Below, one piece after another: positions 12,701 through 24,200 of a stretch of DNA of 37,786 bases. Position 1 is the first letter of the stretch. Each line of letters opens with the position of its first letter. Origin of the DNA: Ministeria vibrans ATCC 50519 (Eukaryota > Protista > Filasterea); the NCBI GenBank assembly GCA_943704425.1, contig CALSCP010000099.1, forward strand, positions 1 through 37,786, in the 5' to 3' direction. Under the pieces are notes generated by a model. That model ran no database searches, was not told where the DNA came from, and saw only the letters and a program-made list of their open reading frames with translations. The translations under genes were made by a program, and so were the position numbers.

Positions 12701-15700
12701 GACGGCGACGGCATCCTGGGTGTAGCCGCGGTGCGCAAGGTGCCCAGCAAGGTGGAAGAACGCGTGTTGGAGCACGAGAGCATTGGTCGATGGGATGCAG
12801 CCATGACGTGCCACGAACAGCAACTGACGCACGCGCCCAATGTACTCGCGCACCACGATGGTCTCTTGCGCTGTCTGGGTCATTTGGGCCGCTACGAGAG
12901 TGTGACGGCCCACGTTAATGGCCTGCTTCGCGACCATGCCGACTGGGAGAGTGATCTCAATGTGCACCGAGTGCGCGCGGCCTGGCGCCTGGGCTCTTGG
13001 AGTGCGCTTGAGACGTACGTGGACGCGTGTGAGTCGCCGCGTTCCTTTGAGCTCAGCCTTGGTCGCGCCCTCTTGAGTGCACGTCGTGGTGAACGTGCGA
13101 CCTTTCGTGCACACGTCAACGCAGCCCTCGACGACTGCATGCCACTGCTGTCGGCGGCCGCCCTTGAGCACGGTAGCTACGAGCGCGCCTATGATCACGT
13201 TGTTCAATTACAAATGCTTGCCGAGCTCGAGCGTCGCGTCGCACCCTGCATTGTCCAAAAACGGTCCTCCACCACCGCTAGCAACAAAACGGCCGTTGTT
13301 TCGGATTTTATGCAAATGACTCAAAATGTCGTGGCCCAAGGAGCGGGCGTGGGCGACGCAGACGGACCGGCCGTGGTGTTGGGACGAGGGGCAGAGCTGT
13401 TTTTGTGGGAAAAGCGTGTGCGATTGACGCGGTCCTCTTACCGGACGCGCGAGCCGCTGCTGCATCTGATGCGCGTGATGAGTTCGTTCACCGAAGACGA
13501 CGCCACCTCGACGGAGATTGGCAATCGATGCTGGCTGATGCTGGCGCGGAATGCGCGTAAGGACGGCCTGGTGCAGGCGGCGTACAATGCGGTGATGAAC
13601 ACGCACGGGACGAGTGCAAGCGTTTACATTGAGCATGCCAAGGTGTTGTGGACTCAGGGCGACATGCTCGACGGAATGCGGCTGCTGCAAGAGCAGCTGG
13701 CTCTTCAGGAGCGCACCGTCGATGCTGAGTCACCTGAGATGCGTGCCAAGACGCACTTGCGCCTGACGCGCTGGCGAATGGAGTCGTCACTGGCGCACTC
13801 AAATGACATCATTTCGGGCTTTAAGAATGCCATTGATCTCAACAAGGCTTCGGAAAAGTGCCACTTCTTTGTGGCCAAGTACTACGATGCAATCTTTAAA
13901 GACCATCCTGTGCAGGGGAGCAACACGCAGCGCCTGGTGATGCTCGTCGTGAGCAACTACGCGACGGCGCTCAAGAACGGCAACAAGTACATTTATGAGT
14001 CGATGCCGCGTCTGCTCACCGTGTGGCTCGATCAGGCCGAGCGGCTGTGCGGCCAGGCTGACTCGACGGCGGCCTCTGCGTCGTCGCGTAGCAGTGGGTC
14101 TTTTTCGCGGTCGTCCAGTGGGTCTAGTGGCGGCGGTCAGTGGACGGTGCAGGGGCTCAACAAGAGCATGCGTAATATGCTCACTAACATACACGACTAC
14201 CAGCTGTTTACAGCATTGCCCCAGCTGGTCTCGCGCATGTGTCATGAGTCGCAAGACGTCTGCGACCTACTAGATGAGCTGCTGGAGCGACTTGCGCGCG
14301 CCTGGCCATGCCATCTGTTGTGGCACACCATGGCCATGTTCAAGTCGAGCACACCTCGTCGCCAGGCGCGCTGCAAGGAGCTGTACGCGCGTGCTTCGCG
14401 CATTCCCGACTTTACTCGTCGCCAAAAGGCGTACGTCACGCTCACCGATGGACTCCTGGCCATGAGTGTGAAGCCGACGTCGAAGGGGGTCACGACGCTG
14501 TCGATGAAGTCCAATTTCGGCTCGTTTGCGCGCTCGTTGACAGCTATTGCGGGCGTCGTGCTGATGCCGCTGCAGCGCTCCATGATGGGTTCGTTGCCAA
14601 TGAGTGCCGCGCAGCACAGCCAGCACAAGGCGTTCCCCGATGACTTGCCCATGATTACGGGCTTTGCCGACACGGTCGAGGTGTTATCGTCGCTGCAGCG
14701 TCCCAAGAAACTGAGTGTGCTCACGACGGACGGGCGCAAATACCCGCTCATGTGTAAGCCGGACGATGACATGCGCAAAGATGCGCGTATGATGGACTTT
14801 AGCACCATGGTGAACCGTCTGCTGCTGCGCGACCCGGACGCGCGTCGGCGGCGCCTGCGCATCCTCACGTACGCCGTGGTGCCGCTCGATGACAAGTGCG
14901 GCATCATAGAGTGGGTGCCCAATACGGCCGGTCTGCGCCACCTGCTTGTGCGCATCTACAAGAATCTTTCGTGCTATGTGTCCGGACGCGAGCTCAATGC
15001 ACTCTACGATCAGTTGAAGAGTCTCAAGACGAAGGCGGAGGCCACGCCCGACAAGAACTTCGCACCTGTTCACGACTTCTTTGTCGACAAGATCCTCCCG
15101 CGCTACCCACCCGTCCTCTACATGTGGTTTATGCGGCAGTTCCCCGACCCCACCGCCTGGTATGCGGCGCGTCAGACGTTTGCGCGCACCGCCGCCGTCA
15201 TGAGCATTGTCGGGTGGATTATTGGCCTGGGTGATCGCCACCTTGAGAACATTCTGCTGGACCAGGAGACGGGCGCCGCAATGCACGTCGACTTCAACTG
15301 TCTCTTCTTCAAGGGCCTCACCTTCCTGACGCCCGAGCGCGTGCCCTTCCGCCTTACCAACAACATGGTTGATGCACTGGGGCCTTGCGGCTACGAGGGG
15401 GCCTTTCGGCGGATGGGCGAGGTCACGCTGCGGGTGTTGCGCAGCGAGAGTGGCTCTGTCCTTGCCGTTCTCATGCCCTTCATCTACGATCCACTGCTCG
15501 AGTGGAACAAGGACGACGGTCGCGTTAAGGGCAAGAGCAAGAGTGCCTCTGCCGCTTCGACAGCAACGGGTGTTCATTCTAACCGCAATGCCGAGGCCCT
15601 CAAGACCCTTCAGAGCATTGAGAAGCGCGTCCAAGGCCGTGCCTCGACTGGTCTTCCCCTCAGTGTGGAGGGACAGGTACTGTTTATGAAAAACAAAAAG

Positions 15701-15829
15701 ATTTTTTGTATGTGATAGGCACTGAGATGAACTCAAATTCTGTGTGTTTAGGTGCAAAAACTTATTGCGGACGCGACTGACATTGGAAACCTTAGCGCCA
15801 TGTACATTGGGTGGGCGCCTTACTTGTAG
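6282..15829 (+). CDS. ATR: ATR/Mec1/Rad3 PIKK kinase (HEAT repeats, UME, FAT, kinase, FATC); start exon uncertain
   Basis: Giant exon 6282-15676 plus final exon 15752-15829. Motifs include SLQRPKK, CKPDDDMRKDARMMDF, GLGDRHLENIL, HVDFNCLF, PERVPFRLT and FATC SVEGQVQKLIADATDIGNLSAMYIGWAPYL. A candidate upstream exon lies at about 5896/5917-5986 (phase-1 compatible). Confidence 0.95.
7767..7943. other. Assembly gap (177 N) inside the ATR Ala/Thr tract, probably an unmerged overlap
   Basis: The identical 27-mer ctact(gct)7c lies on both sides of the gap. The frame is preserved with or without it. Confidence 0.85.
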
Positions 15830-16008
15830 CTATTATTGGAATGCATGATGTACTTCACACCTGTCCATACACGAACTGTATTTGTCATTATTGAGCAGGC
15901 ATTTAGAATAAATTGGAAAATTCTTTCACGGTTCACCCGTTTGAAATATAACTTTGAATTGTGATCATTCTTTTTTACGAGAACCCCCCCGTCCTCTTTT
16001 TTTGAACG

Positions 16009-17433
16009 ATGGCATCTTCTGATGTATGGGAGGCGACGGGAAAGGCCCTGGCGGACACTGTGAAGCTGCAACGATTGGATTCTCGTCAGCAGACGTCAAC
16101 GCAAGTTCCTCAGAGCGCGGAAGAGCGAGAGAGACGCCAGCTGGTCGATCGCATTGCACACCTTGAGGTATGACGGCACCGAGGGCCTCCCTTTCCCGTC
16201 GTCTGCCACAAAACCGATGGTTTGTTTTATTATTTTTTGATTTTGGCGCGCACCGTCAGAACGACATTGTCGAACTCGAGAATGAGTTGGAGTCCCTTGA
16301 TGAGGATGGCGGAAGAATGGCTACCGACGAAATTATGTAAGGAGGGATGCGGCAAGGGCGTTTGGGAGAGAGAGAGAGAGAAAGAGAGTGTGTGTGTGTG
16401 TGAAACAAGAGAGCAAAGTGTCTAACGACACACTCACTTGCACTGCTCTTTTTTGGGCGTAGCAACCATCTGTTGATGACGTCGAATACCGCTTCTGTGG
16501 ATTTGGAAGGGGGAGAAGACGTTGAGAAGGCGGAATCGGAGCAGGTAGCGCTACAAGGAGTCCTTGCCGCCTCTCTGACTGTTGTTTCTTGCAGCAAAAC
16601 TTGACAACACAACTGCGATCGCTTGCCGCCTTCACTGGCATCACATTTGAGTCGAAGACAAGTGCCATTGTAGAGCGTGACGACGGACCGGAGCCACGGC
16701 GTGTACGGCATGTTGAACTCGCGGGGCACTCGTTTGGGGTTCGCTTTGCCATTGACTTTGACGTCGTCGCCTCCGACTTGCGTGTCGTTGATCTTCATGT
16801 ACATCTTCCTGACGATGCTCTTGCTGAAATTGGTGCTGCCTTTGTCGAGAAGTAAGTGATGAAGTCAAGAAAGCGTGACTCGCCCCTCTGATGCTGTCGC
16901 AGTGTCCAACGACGAGCGCTGCTCCTTCCACTCCTACAGACACTTGTGGCGTACGCCGAGTTACGGCAACAGCGACGTCATTTATTTGAACATGTGCGCG
17001 AGCGCTTTGGTGACACTATCTTACTGCCACACGGCACCACAGGCGCACTGCTGCACATTGTGTCAAGGTATGCAACGTCACACCTCTATCGTCTTTCTCC
17101 TGTGTTGCACTGATGTTTTCATAGCTCGCCCTACGTGTTCACCTGGCTACTGCACGTGACGCCTGCGGGTCGAGTGCAGTCGGCAATTTCGCTGGCCAAC
17201 CCGACCGGTAACACCCTGGCGCCCTTTGATGCTGCCGTGCGGGTACGCCACTTTTTTTTCGCAACACTCTCTCATTCGATCATGTTGTTTCTCTCTTTCT
17301 ATCACTATGTTTCTCTCTCTCTCTATCACTTTTTTTCTTTCTCCTCTCTCGCTTTTCCTTCTCATGTGGCTTGCTTTTGTAGAGTTGTGGCCTTGCACAG
17401 GCATTGTGTGCAGTAGTTCAAGCAGCCCACTAA
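16009..17433 (+). CDS. CENPP: Centromere protein P (CENP-P/Ctf19-like), about 302 aa
   Basis: Seven exons (16009-16167, 16260-16336, 16463-16544, 16595-16851, 16903-17067, 17125-17242, 17383-17433) all splice in frame. An N-terminal coiled coil is followed by LAAFTGITF, VELAGHSFGVRFAIDFDV, QRRHLFEHVRERFGDTILLPHG, VFTWLLHVTPAGRV and GLAQALCAVV, colinear with recalled human CENP-P. Confidence 0.75.
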
Positions 17434-17503
17434 TCAAAAAAAACTGCAATATTTTTTGGTTTCTGTATCAATACAACATATACAATCCTCGTTTCTTCCC
17501 ATG

Positions 17504-18405
17504 TTAGGAGACGACTTCAATTCGTGGACGGCGAGTGACGGCCTCTGCGTCGCGCTGGCGATCGCGGTGCTCTGTGTGGAGGATACTCTGAGCAGTGCGC
17601 GTGTCAAGGAGGAGCGTCGCGCGGGCCTGTGCGGGGAGGGATGCAGCAAAGGCAAGCAGGAAGAGCGCACGGTGGGCACTGCGACGCAGGAGGAGACGCA
17701 CAGAGGCAGAACCACTGGAAGGAGTGCGGGCGGTGCGCAACAAAGCCACTGTGTCGCTGAGAGCATGTAGAATGGGCGATGCACGCGTGGGTGTTGTTGG
17801 TGCGCCTTCCAGCAGCGCACACACGTCGTCGAGCAGACCATGCAGCGTTAAAGGGTGCGACAGACCGTCCATGGGTAGCAGTGAGCCTTCATCCACAAGT
17901 TGCTGTTGAGGCTGTTGCTGTGCGCGCATCTGGCACGATTGGATGGCACTGAGAGCAGTGTCGTGAGCAGTTGAGGAGCACTCAGGCGAGCCATCGAGCG
18001 CCGCACTGAGGTGCGTGAGAGAGAGAGCACACGCGAGCGCACCCGCCTCATGCCAACTACCATTGCTCGCCCGCATCACATAGACGTATGCCAAAAGAGC
18101 ATCGACAAGATTAAAGCGTACCAGGGGGTTGGCACGGGCGCGTGTTGCCTCAATAGCCTCACGTGAGGCCACACTGGCGTGCTCGGCCGCAAGTGCAGGC
18201 CAGTCGGGTTCACTTGAGGGTAACCACCAGGGTTGCCACACGCCCACATGATCGGCAGCAAGACGCCCATCGGTCACGGCACGAAGAAACTCCTTTCGTT
18301 CTCGCTCTGTTAATCGCGCCCATACCTCGTCGGTACTATCAAGTACAACCCCGTCCAAACGACTGGCCAGATCCGACACGTTCTCAGTCTCATCCTCCTC
18401 GGTCC

Positions 18406-18437
<32 letters not shown>

Positions 18438-18925
18438 GCGCCCTCATAGTCCACTCCAGTGGCTCCGTCCTCGCCAAGAGAGGCGTTTCGCTTGCCATCA
18501 AGCACGTCGGACGCCTCCAACACAGCCTGTTCGTGGCGCTGACCCTCTTCGTGCACACGACGTAAAATATGGGCCATCTTCTCTCGCTCGTCCCTTGTCG
18601 CAGTCACATCACTCATCACCTCTTCGCAACTGTTGCGATAGAACGTTTCGGAGCAAGAGGCGTGCGCTGCGCCTCGATAGCAGCCGAGGGAGCAGTAGGG
18701 AGTGGCACAGCGTGGACAGGTGTACGATGCGATTTGCTTTTGGCACAGACCACACACTTGCGACGCAGCAGCAGCAGCAGCAGCAGCAATAGGACCCTCA
18801 GCCCCACCCCCAACACCGTCTGCCGACGTCGCCAACGGCTCGGTGCCGCCTGCGTCGACCAGCGACGTCGTTGTTTTGATGAAACTCTCTTCGGTGTGTG
18901 GCAGGCGAATACATCGCGGCAGCAT
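17504..18925 (-). CDS. ZNHIT2: Zinc finger HIT domain protein 2, single exon
   Basis: zf-HIT CGLC...YTCPRCATPYCSLGCYRGAAHASCSETFY, followed by VWARLTERERKEF, WQPWW and NPLVRFNLVDALLAY. First ATG at 18925. Confidence 0.9.
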
Positions 18926-19163
18926 TGTATGTGCCAATGGAAAAGTGTCGCTCGATGCCTAAGTCCGAGTAAAGGACAACTGAAGTAAAAATTAAAATTA
19001 TGAGTTTACGATCTGTGTGAAAAGGAAAAATTTAAGGTGAATATATTTTGACGAACGATGTTAAAATATGTTAATGTTCAATTATCAATAATAAATTCAT
19101 CGCGCGCTGACCGACTGCGCTCTTTGGACGACCTCCCCTTTGACGAGTGTTGTCCGAAGCACC
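18926..19163. promoter_or_regulatory. Probable bidirectional promoter region between ZNHIT2 and the RGS gene
   Basis: Divergent ATGs about 240 nt apart, with an AT-rich core at about 18985-19100. Positional inference only. Confidence 0.45.
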
Positions 19164-19758
19164 ATGAGCGACCAGATGGGCGTGTCTGAGGATGCAGGAC
19201 GGCGGCGAGACAGTCTTGGTCTGCCCATGCTGCTACAGAGCCAGATGCTGGGCAACGCGTCGTCCTGGCTTGACTCGCAGCAGAGCGAAGGTGTGTGTGG
19301 CGCGCGCCGTGGCTCGTGCGACCCTCCCCATCGCAAATGCAGAGGGACAAGAGTTCACTTTTCTCCTGTGACCGCTTTCCGCCCAGCCCGTGCGGGTCTT
19401 CGCGTCGACTGCCGCACCGTCGCCCTGTCCATATGTGACATCGCTCCTGCGCCTTCCCTTTGTCCTTTTCCCTTTTATCTTCTTTTTATTTTGTGTTGAC
19501 GTTTCCCTTTTTTTTTTATTGTCGCATCTTCTTACGTACCTTTCCACCGACTGCTTAGGGCTGTCCAAGTACGCGGGTCTTCTCCTCAAAGCACGCGAGG
19601 CGGCTCCCGGGAGTGCCGAAGACTCGCTGTTAAGTCCTACGATGAACGTGGAGAGCGTACAGAAGGCATTTGATGGGGTCGCGGGCAATATCAAGGCGCG
19701 CGTCAAGTACGGTCCTCGCGAAATCCACACCCGCTCGTCAGTGGCGACACGCCCCGAG

Positions 19759-19836
<78 letters not shown>

Positions 19837-21054
19837 CAACAACAACAACAACAACACATAATACATCATAGACACACACACACATATTATATTATATTAT
19901 ATGTATTACATCGCACATATTTCACACATCATACGCACTCGCACACATCATACGCTCTCGATGTTTTCTTATTAACACGTATCCCATCTTCTGTTTGCGC
20001 AGACGTGTTGCTGTGTGGCGAGAGTCCTTCAATGGACTTGTGTCGGATCCCTTTGGCCTGGCGCTGTTTGAACGGTATCTGCGCGGCGAGTGCAGCGAAG
20101 AGAACATCATGTTCTGGCGGGCAGTCGGCGCACTGCAGCGATGTCACAAGAAGGGCGTTGCCCGAAGTATCATCCTCGAAATTGTGACCGAAATCTACGA
20201 TATTTTCATCAATGAGTCGCCGCACGTCGACTCGGCCGCCTCCTTCGCCATCAACGTCACGGCGTCCGTCCGCGACAACCTTGAGCGGCTTTATGCCTCC
20301 AGAGACATTACAACATTTGACGCTGCAGCAGAGGTACCCGTTACAAGCGATTATATTGGCATCACACCCTTACACACACCCTCACACACACACACTCACA
20401 CACACACACACCCTCACACACACACACACACACACACACACCAACACCATTGTGACCTTGTGTTTTCATTGTTTTTCGATTGTGCAGGCGGTTTTTTCGC
20501 TGATGCAACACGACCCCTACTCGCGCTTTTTACGGTCGGATATTTTGGCACGGGCAGAGATGGGGGAGCGCAAGCGCGACAAGTCGATGCGCAAGAAACA
20601 GGCAGTGGAGACGAGCATGCGCCGCGCCAACACGCTTACTACGCAGGACAAGCAGACGTCAAACATTGCACGCCTCAAGATTGCCCGTACCCGCTCCGAC
20701 GACGCACAAGCTCTGCGCAAGCGATCGCCTCTCGCTCCCACCACTTCAAGCACGACGACTCGTTCTCCTGCCCATACGCTCACCTCAGTCGTCATCACCG
20801 CACCGTCCCCTCTCAGCCCCCCTGACTCCACTCCCACCCGCTCCCACAGTGCCAGCGCTGTTCTGGATGACTCCACTGCGGCCCTGTCATTGGTAGCCGG
20901 CACCTCCACATCCAACTCGCTCCCCTCCTCTCCCACATCCGTCAAACGCGCCGTCTCGGACACGTCAGGCGGCCGTCGCGGCGGGATCTTCTCCTCCCTC
21001 AAGGCTCTTCTTGGCCGCAAGCGGTCCGAAACTCGCTCCGCCTCCTCAGAGTAG
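19164..21054 (+). CDS. RGS (regulator of G-protein signalling) domain protein, about 390 aa, with a Ser/Thr-rich tail
   Basis: Exons 19164-19290, 19559-19706, 20003-20333 and 20488-21054. The RGS box reads WRESFNGLVSDPFGLALFERYLRGECSEENIMFW...IYDIFI...AINV...FDAAAEAVFSLMQHDPYSRFLRS. Confidence 0.9.
19766..19834. repeat. (AC)n microsatellite in RGS intron 2
   Basis: Uninterrupted CA run of about 69 nt. Similar CA/CT tracts occur in many introns of the window. Confidence 0.95.
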
Positions 21055-21226
21055 CAAACATCCAAGATCATCTCACACTTAGCAGTCATTCCCCGCATGT
21101 ACCATATTCTTTCATCTTGTATGATGAACACTACGTCATATTTATAATTAAAATTCACTCTGATAAGAGTCAAGACAAAATAATAATATTATTAAAATAA
21201 TAATATTTTTCATCTTCGTCGAAACC

Positions 21227-24200
21227 ATGACCCACCAGCTGCTTGGCCGCCTTGTGTTTCTCTCTGCCTTGCTGGCCTTGGCAGACGCTGCCGACCTCTC
21301 CAGTATGAATTGTCATTGTATATTCTCACTCGTTATCCTCAACCTATCCTCCTCCTCCCTCTCCCCCCACCACATTCCCCTCAGGCCTCTCGGCAACGGC
21401 GGTCTTCGTCAGCCCCTTGGGCGGCGTCCAGGGCTCCATTGACTTTGCCCAAACAGTCAACGGGACGAGCGTCAGCGCCACCGTGCGCAACCTACCGGTC
21501 GGCGCTGGCGCTTACCATGTCCATCAACTCCCAATCACTGGCGATTGCTCGACCGCCGGCACTCCTTACAACCCCACAAAGTGAGACAAGAAAATGAAAA
21601 AGTAAATTGACGTGATTTTTTTTTTTTATCTCCCCTCTCGCTCTCTTAGCGTCTCTACCGCTTGCAATGCGTCACTTCCGTCGACGTGCAGCGTTGGAGA
21701 TCTCTCAGGCAAGTTTGGTGTGCTGGAGAACGGCGTGACGCAGTCGTATGTGGACGCGAGTGTGTCGCTTCTCACGCGCGACTCGATTGTGGGGCGCTCG
21801 GTGGTTGTGCACGGGGCGGACGGCGCACCCATCGCATGTGCCACTATTGTCTATGCCAATACCCCTTTGAAGACGGTGGTGGCCACCTTTCCCGTCGGCT
21901 CGCCCCTCGCCGGCACCGTCACCTTGCAACAGCCCGTCGATTACCCCTCTGCACCCACCACCATCCTTGTCGACCTTGCCGCCGCCAACGACTCGTCACT
22001 TGCCTCTCTCGGTCACAAGTGGCACGTGCACGTCAATGCGGTGCAGCTCAGCGACGCTTTGGAGACAACAGCCACGGCGCAGCGCTGTCTCTCTGCCGGC
22101 GGTCACTACAATCCCTTCAATGTCAACACCACCGCACCCGCTTATGCCGCAGGTTGTGCCGCCAACAAGAGCCTTTGCGAGGTTGGGGACGAGTCGGGCT
22201 ACTTTGGTCGACTTGATTTGCCCGCCACGCAGCTTTTCACCGATCCCTATCTGCCGCTGTCGGGCCCCGAGAGCGTCACAGGTCGCTCCATGGTGATTCA
22301 CATTGCGGACGGTGGCGGACCCCGTCTTGCGTGCGCCTCCCTTGTCGAGGCGGTGCCACGCACCCTCACGTCGGTCTTTGCACGCAATGGTGTTTCTGGC
22401 TCGGTCGTAATGTCGCAGCTCAACGCCTGGTCACCCACCATCATCACCGCCTTCGTCGAGGGCGCCGCCGACGCCCCGTACCCCTGGCACATCCATCGCT
22501 TCCCGGTCGTCGACGGCCTGTGCACCGCCGTCGTTGTGGGTGGCCACTACGACCCCTTCGCCGTCAATCACACTGACTACGCCACCGTCTGTTCGCCCTC
22601 GTCGCCCTATCGCTTTTCTGCCTGCGAGCTCGGCGACATCTCGGGTCGCTGGGGTTTGCTCGCGTCCGCCTCTGCCGCCACCTACCTCGACTTTAACACG
22701 CCCCTTTTTGGACGCTACGCCGTGATGGGTCGCAGCATAGTGCTGCACAGCAATGTCGACAACTCGCGTGTCGGCTGCGCGAGCATTGGTTACGAGAGCG
22801 CCCAGGTCGACACCGTCGTCGCTACCTTTACCACACCCATTGTTGGTACCATCACACTTCGTCAGGCTCGCAACCAGCCAGACGCCGAGACTACCATCCT
22901 GGTTGACATTGCCTATCCGGACACGGCCCTGCAGACCTTTGGGCACAAGTGGCACGTGCACGTCAACGCAGTGGGCGACGACGCCGCTGTGCCCAGCCTC
23001 CAGAGCCGCTGTCAGTCAGCCGGTGGCCACTACAACCCGCTCGGCGTCAACGTGTCGTCGCCCGCGTACGCCTCCCTCTGCTCCCCAACCACCCCGCTTG
23101 GCTGTGAACTCGGCGACCTCAAGGGCAAGCATGGCAACATGTCTATTCCCTGGACAGCCGCAAACAAGCGCATGTTTACCGACATCCAACTGCCCCTCAG
23201 CGGCCCTAATTCTGTCTCGGGTCGCTCCATTGTGATTCACACCGACAACGCTGGCGCTCCGCGTCTCGGCTGCGCCACCCTCGCTCCCGTTGTGCCCCGC
23301 ATCGCGCAGGCCGTCTTCTTTACAGGCCCGGTCGCAGGCGTCGTCTCCTTCTCGCAGATGACTTCCGACGACCCCACTATTGTCTCGGTGAGCGTCAGTG
23401 GTCCCGATCAAGACACGGCCCTCATCCTCCATGCTCTTCCTCTTACCGTCGGCGACGGTTCGTGCCCCGCCGCTCAACTAGGCTCCATCTATGACCCGAC
23501 TAATGCCCGTGCAGCCCCCACCAACGCTGCCACCTGTTCAAACGGCTCGCCACCCCCCGCCTACAACGCGGGCTACGGCCTTTGCGCTGTGGGTAACCTG
23601 TACGCCAAGCACGGCGTCTTCACCCCCAGCAACACTGTGCCCACCGTCTGGGCCGACTACAACTCACCGCTGTTTGGCAGCGACTCCATTGTGGGCCGTA
23701 CTCTCGCCGTCCACAACAGAGCGTCGGACGCCATTGCCGCCTGCGCCGTCGTCACATACCTCACGGCGTACACTACTCTGCGCGCTACGTTTGACGACGC
23801 CTCTCCCCTCCGCGGCTCCATTACACTGCGCCAGCCTCGCGATGACCCCACTGCCGAAACCCTTGTATTTGTCGACGTTCGCTACGCCGATCCGAACATG
23901 ACGACCACGACCATTGAGCACAAGTGGCACGTTCACGACTTTGCCGTGTCGCCGCCCGACGATACCTCGTGTCAGTCAGCCGGTGGTCATTACAACCCAC
24001 GCAACGTCAATGCGTCATCGCCTCTGTACGCCACGCTTTGTAGCCCAGCGACGCCTACCGGCTGCGAGCTGGGTGACCTCAGTGGCCGTTTGGGCAACAT
24101 TGCCATTCCCGGCCGCTACATGTACACCGACGTCGATTTGCCGCTCGACGGTGACTTTTCCGTTGCCAACCGTAGCATCACTATTCACGCAGCAAACGCC

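Noticed and set aside
21612-21649. ORF-track start of the SOD-repeat protein (MIFFFY)
   Set aside because: Intronic. The real start is ATG 21227 with a signal peptide, via two in-frame introns.
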